This document shows positions 1 to 8,781 of a stretch of 32,000 nt of DNA, piece by piece. Both the position numbers and the translations under genes were made by a program. A model generated the notes under the pieces. That model was not told the DNA's origin, did no database searches, and saw only the letters and a program-made list of their open reading frames with translations. Numbering within the stretch: position 1 is the stretch's first letter; each line of letters opens with the position of its first letter. This DNA comes from an uncultured bacterium. GTDB lineage: Bacteria; Auribacterota; JACPWU01. The stretch lies in NCBI GenBank assembly GCA_964640155.1, contig CAZXEQ010000008.1, forward strand, positions 1 to 32,000, written 5' to 3'.

Positions 1-3000
1 CTTATTAAATTAGAGCTAAGCAGAAGCGAATTAGAAGAGTTAAAAAAGAATGGATCCCCGACAAGTACGCTCGGGGATGACAAACCAACAAACTTCCTGT
101 CATTCCCGAAAGCTGTAATCGGGAATCCATTTTTTGAAAGAAGCGACAAGTTCAAATTAGACATTCAAGACCTCATTCAAAGTGCATGGCAGTTTTATGA
201 ATTGGCACAAAAGCGTGATCATGTTTTGGCTCAAAATGCTTTAAGGGCATTGAAGTCACCAGTCATCAGTCTCCAGTCTCCAGAAAACAAAAATACACTA
301 GAACTGGAGACCGGCGACCGGAAACAGGCGACTATCTTAATCACCGGCGGTTTCCACACAGAAGCCATCCAAAAGCAATTAGAAGAATCAAACATCAGCT
401 ACAGCACATGGACCCCGATTGTCTCCGGAGATATCTCAAAAAGCCTTTATGAAAAGATCATGATGGATGAGAGATTTGATCTCGACAATATTGAGTTCTC
501 CCAGAAACGTATCTCAACCCGGCATGACAAAGATTCCATCCATCAAATGCTTGCAAGCCCATCTTTAATTGCTGAATTCGAAGCGCTTGGAGAGGTAAGA
601 CAGGCGTCACTTCAACAAAAAATTGTTGCAAGATTTGTGAATCTTAGAATAGGACAAGGGGCTTCTGTTCCTCAAACTTTTGAAGAATGGTTTGGTGAAA
701 AGTTTTGGGAGGATTTGAATGAGAAAGAACAAAGGATAGCAAAAAAAGTTTTTGATCTTTTTTATCAAGTTTTTCAAATCGAAAAATATAATCCTAAAAG
801 TGAAACTCAAGCCTATCTTGCCATTGGAGTTTTAGAGGAGGTTTTTGGAGAGGATTCTGTTGTAGTTAAAATCGCCCAAGACCATTTTAATAGGCAAAAA
901 TCCAAGACTCTCGCTGAATGGAGAGCTCTCTATGGAAAGGATTGGGATTCTATTTTTGAAGAGCTGAATAAAATTGGATTTTTCTTCGACTCTACAGAAA
1001 AGAGAGAGCTAAGAGAGGCAATTGAAAAGTTAAATCTTAAAGAAGGGCAGAAGTATTTACATGTAGGTATGGCACTTAATAAATTGGTTTTTTTATTAAG
1101 TCTTAATGGGGTTGAGTGTGTTTTTGTGGATTTAGATCCAGATATTATGGGAAGTATACGCGTGTGGTTTGAAGTTTCCTATAAAGCATTAAATATTTCA
1201 GAACTTCTTCCCGTAAGATTTATTACTAAGAATATTGATAATGTAATGAGTAAAGATGGTTTAACGCTCGATGAAGAAGATACATTTGATGTCATTTCCA
1301 TGTTTCATGTTTTTTTTAATTTTAATGGAGATATGTCGAGAGCTATTGGGAATTTGCTGGCACTTGTGAAACCAGAAGGAATTCTTTGGTTTACTCCTGA
1401 AACTACTCTTCCAGGTATTGCAAGTAATATGGATATGTCTGCTGCTGTGAGAAAAATAGCTAGTAGAATTAAAAATAAAGGAATTGGTTTAGAAGAAATC
1501 TCAGATGTTGTGATAGATGGAAAATTTAATGACGATTCTCTTAATCATGCTTATCGGGTTGTTAAACCTCCGCGTTCTTTACCTTTGGCAACAGGGGAAT
1601 CGGTTGGTACACTTCGAGCGATTGGCCCTTATAAAACACCAAAAACTTTAAGTCAAAGTGAAATGGACCATCTCGTAGATTTATCTGGAGGGCAAAGCCA
1701 AACTAATAGCTCTGAAATAAATGGGAAGGTTATCGAATCTCAGGTGGTTATTTATAATGAAGATGATGAAAATGACAAAATTGGGCAAATTGCAAAATCA
1801 AAAGAATTTAAACATGCATTTCATATACCAGCTTCTTTGTCCCAAGATGGGAAGAATTATGTTTTTATTTCTTCAAAGGCAGGAGCACAAACTAGCTTTT
1901 ATCAATGGCATGAAATAACGGAGATTTATATTAGAAGTGAGTTTGGAGCTAAAATTCATGCTGATATAGGCAGTGGATATTGGCCCGAAGATTATACATT
2001 TGAGCGCATTCTACATATCCTTGCATGGGCTTATGATATTCATTTTGCAATGTCTCAACAATCCGGAGAAGATCTTAGAAGATCTCCATTTCGTTCTTCT
2101 GCATCACTTCCAGGTTCAACATTGGAAGATCTTTTAGGCTTTCTCTATCCCCAAGAAAATTTAAATTATAAAGCTCTAGTAGATCTTTTAATTGAGGAAC
2201 GTTCACAAGACATTCTGACAAGGTATTTACCTCATACAGTTTTACACCAAAAGGAATTTGAAGAAAAAATCAGAGGCTTTGTTGTAAATGTATTAGTAGA
2301 GGCTTACAAAAGAGAAGCTGTTCAAATAGGAAGTGGAGTTGTTTTATTTAACCCTGTCGTACGATTTTTAGCAAGAGCAGCCTTTTCAACTACTGATAAG
2401 CATGGAGCGAGTGAAAGACAGGAATTAGACGATTCTTTTGAGCAAATTGTTGACAATGGTTATATTCCCATTCGTCAGCTGAGTCTTGAAAGAATAGAGG
2501 CGGGCATGCCTGCGATTGTAAGAACTTATGAAGTAATTGATGTTGAAGCAGGCAAAATAAAATTTCTTATGGTTATTTCTCAAGGGGAGACAGCTTCGAC
2601 TAAGAGTTGCTATGTATCAGATTCTGCTGTAAAAGCACAACCTATTCAATCTGTTGGAAGCTGGTTGGAAAGATTCCCTCAAGAGCAAAGAAAAGCAGAA
2701 TTTTCTGCCTTTCTAGGCAGATTCACAAAGTTTATCGAAAATAATTTTGATCCTGAAAGAGGTATGCCGCAATATGAAGATGTATTGGTTACTCCTGGTG
2801 GATACCCTGTACTAAGAAATTCTTCCCCATCTTTTGAAACTCCCGAAGCTTTTTTTCTTAAGCTTTTTTATGATGGTAAGATTCCTAGGAATCTTAGAGA
2901 GGATGGTATTGAAAAAAGAATTATTGAAGTTTTTGGCAAAGACAAGGGAGAGGGGCAATTGTTTACTGTTTTGCCGTCTACTCGTGGAAGTCTCTCGCCT

Positions 3001-6000
3001 TCTTTGATATGTAGGCCTGACAAAAATGCTCGTGATGAGGGAATCAGAAATTGTTTTTCAATGAGACACGCAGGAGTAACAAGCGCAGCGCACATGGAAG
3101 GCCTTAAATTGAAAGTGGGAGGCCCGATAAGATGGAGAGATCAAGAGATTAAAGATGAAAATGTTTTTAAAATTAAAGAAGCCGCGAAAGCCCAATCCAC
3201 TCAATTAGATGGAAAAATAGAAGGAAAAGCTGTTTGGATTGACAATGAAATATTATACAGGTTTTCTGAATTTGGTTTTGAGTCGCAAGATGATTTTGTT
3301 CATTTCCTTAAAGAATATTTAGCGGAGCAGTTTAAAACCTCACCTCCTCAACAAAATGAAGTTATGATTGCACTTCTCTCTAGTTCTACCCACCTTTTTG
3401 AAGATCATAAAACCAACGGATTCATCGGAATTAATGCACAGCTTTTTAGTCAAACCATTTCTCCACAGCTTCGAAGAAAGCTTTTAATGATTGGTTTAAG
3501 GCACGAGTTGCGTCATGAATCAAGCGTGAGTAACTCGGTTGAAGATGAAACGATATTATTAAAAGAAGATGCTCTCTATGCCAGAACATTAGGAATGACC
3601 GATCAAGAATTGCTTGTTACAGATGTTTTTAGTCGCGAGTCAGAACTTATTCAGATGTTAAAAAATTCTGTTTTTCTTGAGCGTGTAAAAAGCATTCTCT
3701 TGAATAGCTCATTACCTCCAGACTGGCGTGTGATGGAAGCAGTTGCTTTGATTGGTAGGAATGATGCTATTTCCTCAGAGGTAGTATTTTGGTTTATTGT
3801 CGATGAGATTCTTTTAAGTTCTGATTTAGAGCTAGGAGATATGTCGACAGTGGCATCGGTGCTGTCCTTTCTATTTTGGAGTGCTCATTCTACAGATTCT
3901 TTGCTTGCAGGACTAAAAGAACGGTTTTTACGAAAGGATTTGACAGATGGAGTTGTTTATCGGATCACTTATTTGCTGATATGTATAGAATTTTTTACTG
4001 CAAATAATATTTCTAGAAAAGAGTTGATCTTAAATTTTGTTGAAAGTCTGTGTCAGGAAGTTTTTGAAAATTCAGATTATAATTATGCTCTTCCCCGTAC
4101 ACTTGCTATGGTGAAGGTTTTTGTGAACAAGTACAGAAGCGATACAATTCTTGACAAACTTGAGAAATTTCTATTGCGAGAAGATTTACGAAAAGTGAAC
4201 CCAAATATTTCTAGAGAAGTAGTTGAGCTTCTTTATGATTTCGCTGATAGAGGGGATGCAGGATTTTTAGCACATACATTCAATGTTTTTAGAAATATTT
4301 TGTTCCATCCCAGAAGTCGTCTTGACGTATCCGCCCATGTTTTAGAAAAATTAATAAAACTATGTGATAAAACTTCGGATCCCTCAACAGCCGCATCTCA
4401 TATTTCTCAGCTACCGGGTCTTTTAATGAGTTCTAATTTGATTGCTGCTATTGAGAATACACTTCAACGAACAATGAATCAGTTGTCGAGCGGGGATTTA
4501 AATCCGGATGATCAAGCTATAGCCAAACGTGTTTTACTTTTAGGCATTGATTTGCTAGTTAGAATTCATAGACTTACGAAGCTTTCTAGTATGGAAGATA
4601 GGGCATACGAGGCATTGAAACAACTTCTCACGAAGGCTTATCAGTTAGGTTCATCAGAGGAATTGAATTTGTTTAAGGATGCTGCAGGTCTAGAATTGTT
4701 TTTAATTGATCATGAGAACTCTCCTAAAAAAACGGATTCAAAAAATGTTTTGAAATTATCTGATCATCTTTCCTTGGTAGAGGAATTTAATCCTGAACGA
4801 CTCATAAAAGTGATGAGATTATTGGTAAACGATGGGATTCATTCGTCCGATGTCGAAGCGGCTCAAAACATTGTCGCGATATTAATTAGAGTTAAATTAA
4901 GATTGGCTGCTAAGGCGTATTTGCTAGGGGAAATAGATAAAATTATAAGTGATATTCAAGAAGTCCGATCAGAAGTTTTTGTGCCTGATTTTTCAGGGCC
5001 TTCAAATATTGCCTTATTGCCCAGAGGTGTGGTTGCAGGACATGGTGGTATTAGGGGTAAGACGGTCAATCGACAAGTGAGCGCTAAAAGGGACGATGAA
5101 ATAATCACGTTTAATGTCGTTGATGCAAGAGATAAAACAGGAGATGAGTTGCAAGGCCAATTGGGCCAATTTATGGCAACGAAAACATACAGCGATTTAG
5201 ATGAGGAAACAAAAACAGCATTTGAGAGTACAAGACTCGTCATTCTTAAGGATCAAGTGGAAGTTGCTTCTGATAAAAATGGAATGAGCTTTGGACATTA
5301 TGGTGAAGATCGCGGACCTACACAATTTATTGGTGAAGAGCTTTTAAAAGCATTGCTAAAACATCCACCTTTGCTAACTCTGTGGATTCGAATTGAAATG
5401 AGTCGAAAAATTTATCGTGAAAAGAAGAGAAAAGAGCTTCTTAGTCAAGGGATTACAATCCTCACCAAAAATCAAATTAAAGATCCTCTTAAAGATCCTC
5501 GCAGTAGTTTAAAAGCTATTCGTGATTTAGGCCTCGCTCCAGCTGATGTAGAAGAGCTAACCAGTACCATTATTAAAACAAAAGTCCAATTTGAACTACA
5601 AAAAATGCGTGCAAGCATGAGCGATTTAGATATTTCAGAGATGGTCATTTACGCTGCAGATGAAGCAGATAGAATGGGAGGGGCAAATTTTGAGATTGCA
5701 GGTATCGATTTAGGATGGCTAAAAGGGAGATATTTGGAAGAAATGAAAAATCAGTTGGCCCAGATTCTGCGTGCCTCCAATCCTCTTTCAAGAGAAATTT
5801 ATGAAAATTATGAATCTTTAAGTCTTGCAGCAGCAGAAAAAGTAAAAGAGCAAATTTTGCAAAAACCAAATTCTGTGCTCTTATTTCCAACAGGCAATAC
5901 ACCTAAGGGCATGTATCGACATTTAGCTCGAATGGCTAAAGCAGGGGAGATTGATTTTAGTGAAGTGACTATTTTTATGTTGGATGAATACGAAGGTGGG

Positions 6001-8760
6001 AGAGATTATTACAATTTTATTCATGAAAATTTGATCCATAAGCTTCCTTTAGGGAATCGACCTATTATTCATGTTTTGAATGGTCAAACAGACAATGTGA
6101 ATCTTGAAACAAAAGCATATGAAGATAAAATCCAAGCTGCTGGAGGGATAGATTTAGCTATATTAGGGCTAGGTGTTGAAGGACATATTGCCTTTAATGA
6201 GAAAGGGGCTTCTCCTTACACACATACACGTAGATTTAAACTTGCGCAATCGACGATTGAAGCAAATCCAGAAGCTAAAGCAAAAGGATATACCCATGCT
6301 CTGACAACTGGAATAGGTACAATTTTAGAAGCTAGAAAAATACTGGTTTTGGCTAATGGTCCCAAGAAAGCCAAGATTATAAAAGAACTTTTAGATCACG
6401 CGCCTACGAAAGAAATTCCTGCAACTTATTTAAAATTCCATTCTAATGTGACGCTCATGATGGATAAAGAAGCAGCTGGTCAGGTTCAAGAACCAAAAAA
6501 TCGCAAAAGTGCTTTAAAAGCTTTTGATGCAATCTACAAAATTTTAGAGCGTTATTCTAATGTGCATCGTGGAACAGGACAGCATTCACAAGTAAGCACC
6601 CATCTTTTTGAACAAGCTAGATTTTGGATTGGAGAAAAATTAGGAGCTGATCGAAAGCAGCAGGAGGTGATTTTAGGAACTCACCCTGAGGATATGATGG
6701 AAGCATTAGCACATGATTTGCGTTTAACGCCGAGCGACGGAGTGATTTCTGACAGTGAAGAACCATGGAGCTTTTTGAATCGAACAGGTTTACCTCTGAG
6801 GAATGGAGAAATTGATTTTGGGAAATTAAAAGCTGTTTTGCGAAAAGGAGCTGTTAAAGTCCTTTCTATCCAACATCCTGTTCAATTGGGACTGTATCCT
6901 TCAAGTATTTCTCGGCTAAGTAAGTTAGCACACCGGTATGGGGTAAAGCTTATTGTAGATGCAAGTGAATGGCCTTATAAAGAAGTTAATGCGAAGTCTT
7001 TAGGGGTTGATTATTTAATTTTTGAGGGTGGGAAAATTTCTCCTTTTGCGCCGACAGTGGTTTTAGCAGATCGAAGCCTTCTCAAGACAGATTCGAAAGA
7101 GTCTCCTCGCTTACGAGGAGGGGGGACAAAGAAATTTAATTCACAGGCCAGAGTCATTTGGGCTGATGCTCCTGATAAATTTGAAGTGGGAAGTCCAAAT
7201 ATTGTTGGGACTATTCTTTTAGGATCATTTCTAAAAAATAATGGACGGTTACCTTTTGGAGAAAGTGTAGCTAGAGCATTGCCTCAAAAACGTCCCTTTA
7301 CTATAGATTCTTTAAGAGAAAGTTTAATTGGGAAAGATTTGCTTGTTCCTACTTTATATGGAGATAAAGTATATGTAAATTTTGATAATAGTTCTTCAAC
7401 CCCAACATTTGTACCTATTCTGGAAGCCATTGAACAATATGTTTTCGCGTCTACCGATGAGCAGACTAGAATGGTTGCACAGGCTCTAGATGCTGTTTTT
7501 GATTATTTTGGGACCTCTTCAGAAGATCATGAACATTATTCCTTTAGAAATACATCAGAAGCAGCAAACTATGTGGCGCATGAATTTATAACTTCTGAAG
7601 ATGATGTTGTGGTTAATTCTTTTATAGAACATAATTCCAATGAGCTTCCTTGGAGAAGTGAACAGAGTCAGATTCGCTTGGAACCGGATGCAAATGGATT
7701 TTTTGACCCAGCACAACTTGAAAAATTTTTAATAGAATATAATATAGAGAAAAAACATGGGAGAAAACGTATTAAACTTGTAGCCATTTCAGGCGCATCA
7801 AATGTGCTAGGAACGGTGAATAATCTTAAAGAAATAGGTGAACTAGCTCGAAAATACGATGTAAAATTAATGGTTGATGCTGCGCAGCTATCTGCTCATC
7901 GCGAAGTCAATATGGAAGAATGGAATATTGACTTTTTGGTTTATTCGGCTCATAAGATTTATGCACCCTTTGGTCATGGGGGACTTATTGCACGAAAGGG
8001 GCTATTAAAGAAAAAAAGAGCGGTTGTTCCTGCTCCGGAAGGTTTAATCGCTGTAGCAAGATCTTTTGAGATTTTAAAGAAGGACATAGGATTAGATGCT
8101 GTGGCTCATCATGAAGAAGAGCTTTTGCGCTATGCTCTGGGTAAGTTCCAGGATTTAAATAAAAAAGAAGGAGTGAATGTGCAGATTTATGGAATTAACG
8201 ATACTGAGTCTGACAATATTAAAAATAAAACAGGCGTGATTGTTTTTAATCTTCAGATAGATGATAAATATTTACCTCCAAGTCTTAAAGAGAGAAAATT
8301 TCTTCCCTATAATCTTGTTGCTGCAATTTTAGCTGAAGAAGGTGGTATCGGAGGTCGAGCAGGCTGTTTTTGTGCGGATCTTCTCATTCAGAGATTGTGG
8401 GGACTTGGGGAAAAACAAATTGCAGAGCTTCAAACTCAAAGTCGTTCAAATCAACCAGGTGCTGTTCGCATCAGTTTTGGAATTTATAACACCAAAGAAG
8501 AAATTGACCGAGTTTTTGAAGTTTTAAATCGTTTGGTAAAAGGTGAAATAGATCTTTCGAAATATAAGTTTAATGAAGACTTGGGTGAGTATTATACGCA
8601 TGAACATCTGGAAGCTATGGAGAAACTTTTAGTAGGAATGGAAAAAATTGTTTTTGGTCCTAGCGAAGAGCAACATTCTCATGCGCATCTTCCTGTTGTT
8701 AGACCTACAGAAGTTATTCCTTTACGGGTCAATGAAGGTGCTTTTGCTGCTGCTGCTTAA
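1..8760 (+). CDS. Giant multidomain protein, 5'-truncated by the window edge (2,919 codons visible)
   Basis: Frame 1 has no stop from nt 1 to TAA 8758-8760. Hand translation of 1-201 gives LIKLELSRSELEELKKNGSPTSTLGDDKPTNFLSFPKAVIGNPFFERSDKFKLDIQDLIQSAWQFYE, which runs straight into the track ORF. The track start at 202 is only the first in-frame TTG, has no SD, and sits inside a helix-like segment. Readable pieces: QKRD..ILITGGFHT..L..SNISY (TraB/GumN-like, ~205-400); MTase-like fold (1045-1401); HELRH (3502-3516); Leu-rich helical repeats (~3680-4970); NagB-like domain (5788-6480); class-V PLP folds (6520-7245 and 7369-8545). Confidence 0.85.
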   Translation, partial: LIKLELSRSELEELKKNGSPTSTLGDDKPTNFLSFPKAVIGNPFFERSDKFKLDIQDLIQSAWQFYELAQKRDHVLAQNALRALKSPVISLQSPENKNTLELETGDRKQATILITGGFHTEAIQKQLEESNISYSTWTPIVSGDISKSLYEKIMMDERFDLDNIEFSQKRISTRHDKDSIHQMLASPSLIAEFEALGEVRQASLQQKIVARFVNLRIGQGASVPQTFEEWFGEKFWEDLNEKEQRIAKKVFDLFYQVFQIEKYNPKSETQAYLAIGVLEEVFGEDSVVVKIAQDHFNRQKSKTLAEWRALYGKDWDSIFEELNKIGFFFDSTEKRELREAIEKLNLKEGQKYLHVGMALNKLVFLLSLNGVECVFVDLDPDIMGSIRVWFEVSYKALNISELLPVRFITKNIDNVMSKDGLTLDEEDTFDVISMFHVFFNFNGDMSRAIGNLLALVKPEGILWFTPETTLPGIASNMDMSAAVRKIASRIKNKGIGLEEISDVVIDGKFNDDSLNHAYRVVKPPRSLPLATGESVGTLRAIGPYKTPKTLSQSEMDHLVDLSGGQSQTNSSEINGKVIESQVVIYNEDDENDKIGQIAKSKEFKHAFHIPASLSQDGKNYVFISSKAGAQTSFYQWHEITEIYIRSEFGAKIHADIGSGYWPEDYTFERILHILAWAYDIHFAMSQQSGEDLRRSPFRSSASLPGSTLEDLLGFLYPQENLNYKALVDLLIEERSQDILTRYLPHTVLHQKEFEEKIRGFVVNVLVEAYKREAVQIGSGVVLFNPVVRFLARAAFSTTDKHGASERQELDDSFEQIVDNGYIPIRQLSLERIEAGMPAIVRTYEVIDVEAGKIKFLMVISQGETASTKSCYVSDSAVKAQPIQSVGSWLERFPQEQRKAEFSAFLGRFTKFIENNFDPERGMPQYEDVLVTPGGYPVLRNSSPSFETPEAFFLKLFYDGKIPRNLREDGIEKRIIEVFGKDKGEGQLFTVLPSTRGSLSPSLICRPDKNARDEGIRNCFSMRHAGVTSAAHMEGLKLKVGGPIRWRDQEIKDENVFKIKEAAKAQSTQLDGKIEGKAVWIDNEILYRFSEFGFESQDDFVHFLKEYLAEQFKTSPPQQNEVMIALLSSSTHLFEDHKTNGFIGINAQLFSQTISPQLRRKLLMIGLRHELRHESSVSNSVEDETILLKEDALYARTLGMTDQELLVTDVFSRESELIQMLKNSVFLERVKSILLNSSLPPDWRVMEAVALIGRNDAISSEVVFWFIVDEILLSSDLELGDMSTVASVLSFLFWSAHSTDSLLAGLKERFLRKDLTDGVVYRITYLLICIEFFTANNISRKELILNFVESLCQEVFENSDYNYALPRTLAMVKVFVNKYRSDTILDKLEKFLLREDLRKVNPNISREVVELLYDFADRGDAGFLAHTFNVFRNILFHPRSRLDVSAHVLEKLIKLCDKTSDPSTAASHISQLPGLLMSSNLIAAIENTLQRTMNQLSSGDLNPDDQAIAKRVLLLGIDLLVRIHRLTKLSSMEDRAYEALKQLLTKAYQLGSSEELNLFKDAAGLELFLIDHENSPKKTDSKNVLKLSDHLSLVEEFNPERLIKVMRLLVNDGIHSSDVEAAQNIVAILIRVKLRLAAKAYLLGEIDKIISDIQEVRSEVFVPDFSGPSNIALLPRGVVAGHGGIRGKTVNRQVSAKRDDEIITFNVVDARDKTGDELQGQLGQFMATKTYSDLDEETKTAFESTRLVILKDQVEVASDKNGMSFGHYGEDRGPTQFIGEELLKALLKHPPLLTLWIRIEMSRKIYREKKRKELLSQGITILTKNQIKDPLKDPRSSLKAIRDLGLAPADVEELTSTIIKTKVQFELQKMRASMSDLDISEMVIYAADEADRMGGANFEIAGIDLGWLKGRYLEEMKNQLAQILRASNPLSREIYENYESLSLAAAEKVKEQILQKPNSVLLFPTGNTPKGMYRHLARMAKAGEIDFSEVTIFMLDEYEGGRDYYNFIHENLIHKLPLGNRPIIHVLNGQTDNVNLETKAYEDKIQAAGGIDLAILGLGVEGHIAFNEKGASPYTHTRRFKLAQSTIEANPEAKAKGYTHALTTGIGTILEARKILVLANGPKKAKIIKELLDHAPTKEIPATYLKFHSNVTLMMDKEAAGQVQEPKNRKSALKAFDAIYKILERYSNVHRGTGQHSQVSTHLFEQARFWIGEKLGADRKQQEVILGTHPEDMMEALAHDLRLTPSDGVISDSEEPWSFLNRTGLPLRNGEIDFGKLKAVLRKGAVKVLSIQHPVQLGLYPSSISRLSKLAHRYGVKLIVDASEWPYKEVNAKSLGVDYLIFEGGKISPFAPTVVLADRSLLKTDSKESPRLRGGGTKKFNSQARVIWADAPDKFEVGSPNIVGTILLGSFLKNNGRLPFGESVARALPQKRPFTIDSLRESLIGKDLLVPTLYGDKVYVNFDNSSSTPTFVPILEAIEQYVFASTDEQTRMVAQALDAVFDYFGTSSEDHEHYSFRNTSEAANYVAHEFITSEDDVVVNSFIEHNSNELPWRSEQSQIRLEPDANGFFDPAQLEKFLIEYNIEKKHGRKRIKLVAISGASNVLGTVNNLKEIGELARKYDVKLMVDAAQLSAHREVNMEEWNIDFLVYSAHKIYAPFGHGGLIARKGLLKKKRAVVPAPEGLIAVARSFEILKKDIGLDAVAHHEEELLRYALGKFQDLNKKEGVNVQIYGINDTESDNIKNKTGVIVFNLQIDDKYLPPSLKERKFLPYNLVAAILAEEGGIGGRAGCFCADLLIQRLWGLGEKQIAELQTQSRSNQPGAVRISFGIYNTKEEIDRVFEVLNRLVKGEIDLSKYKFNEDLGEYYTHEHLEAMEKLLVGMEKIVFGPSEEQHSHAHLPVVRPTEVIPLRVNEGAFAAAA
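51..129. repeat. 79-nt compound palindrome (two hairpins with near-identical 8-bp stems), followed by a T6 run
   Basis: Hairpin 1: ATCCCCGA (54-61), 9-nt loop, TCGGGGAT (71-78). Hairpin 2: ATTCCCGA (102-109), 9-nt loop, TCGGGAAT (119-126). Flanks TGG/CCA (51-53/127-129) and GAC/GTC (79-81/99-101) also pair, so the left arm 51-81 is the near-reverse-complement of the right arm 99-129. TTTTTT lies at 130-135. By hand count the element is about half G+C, clearly richer than its surroundings. Confidence 0.8.
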
Positions 8761-8781
8761 AGAAAGATGAGGAGTGCGTAA

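Noticed and set aside
202-204. TTG at 202, given in the ORF track as the start of the giant ORF.
   Set aside because: It is simply the first ATG/GTG/TTG in a frame that is stop-free from nt 1. There is no Shine-Dalgarno upstream, and the upstream translation reads as continuous protein. I kept it only as the alternative scenario in the palindrome finding.
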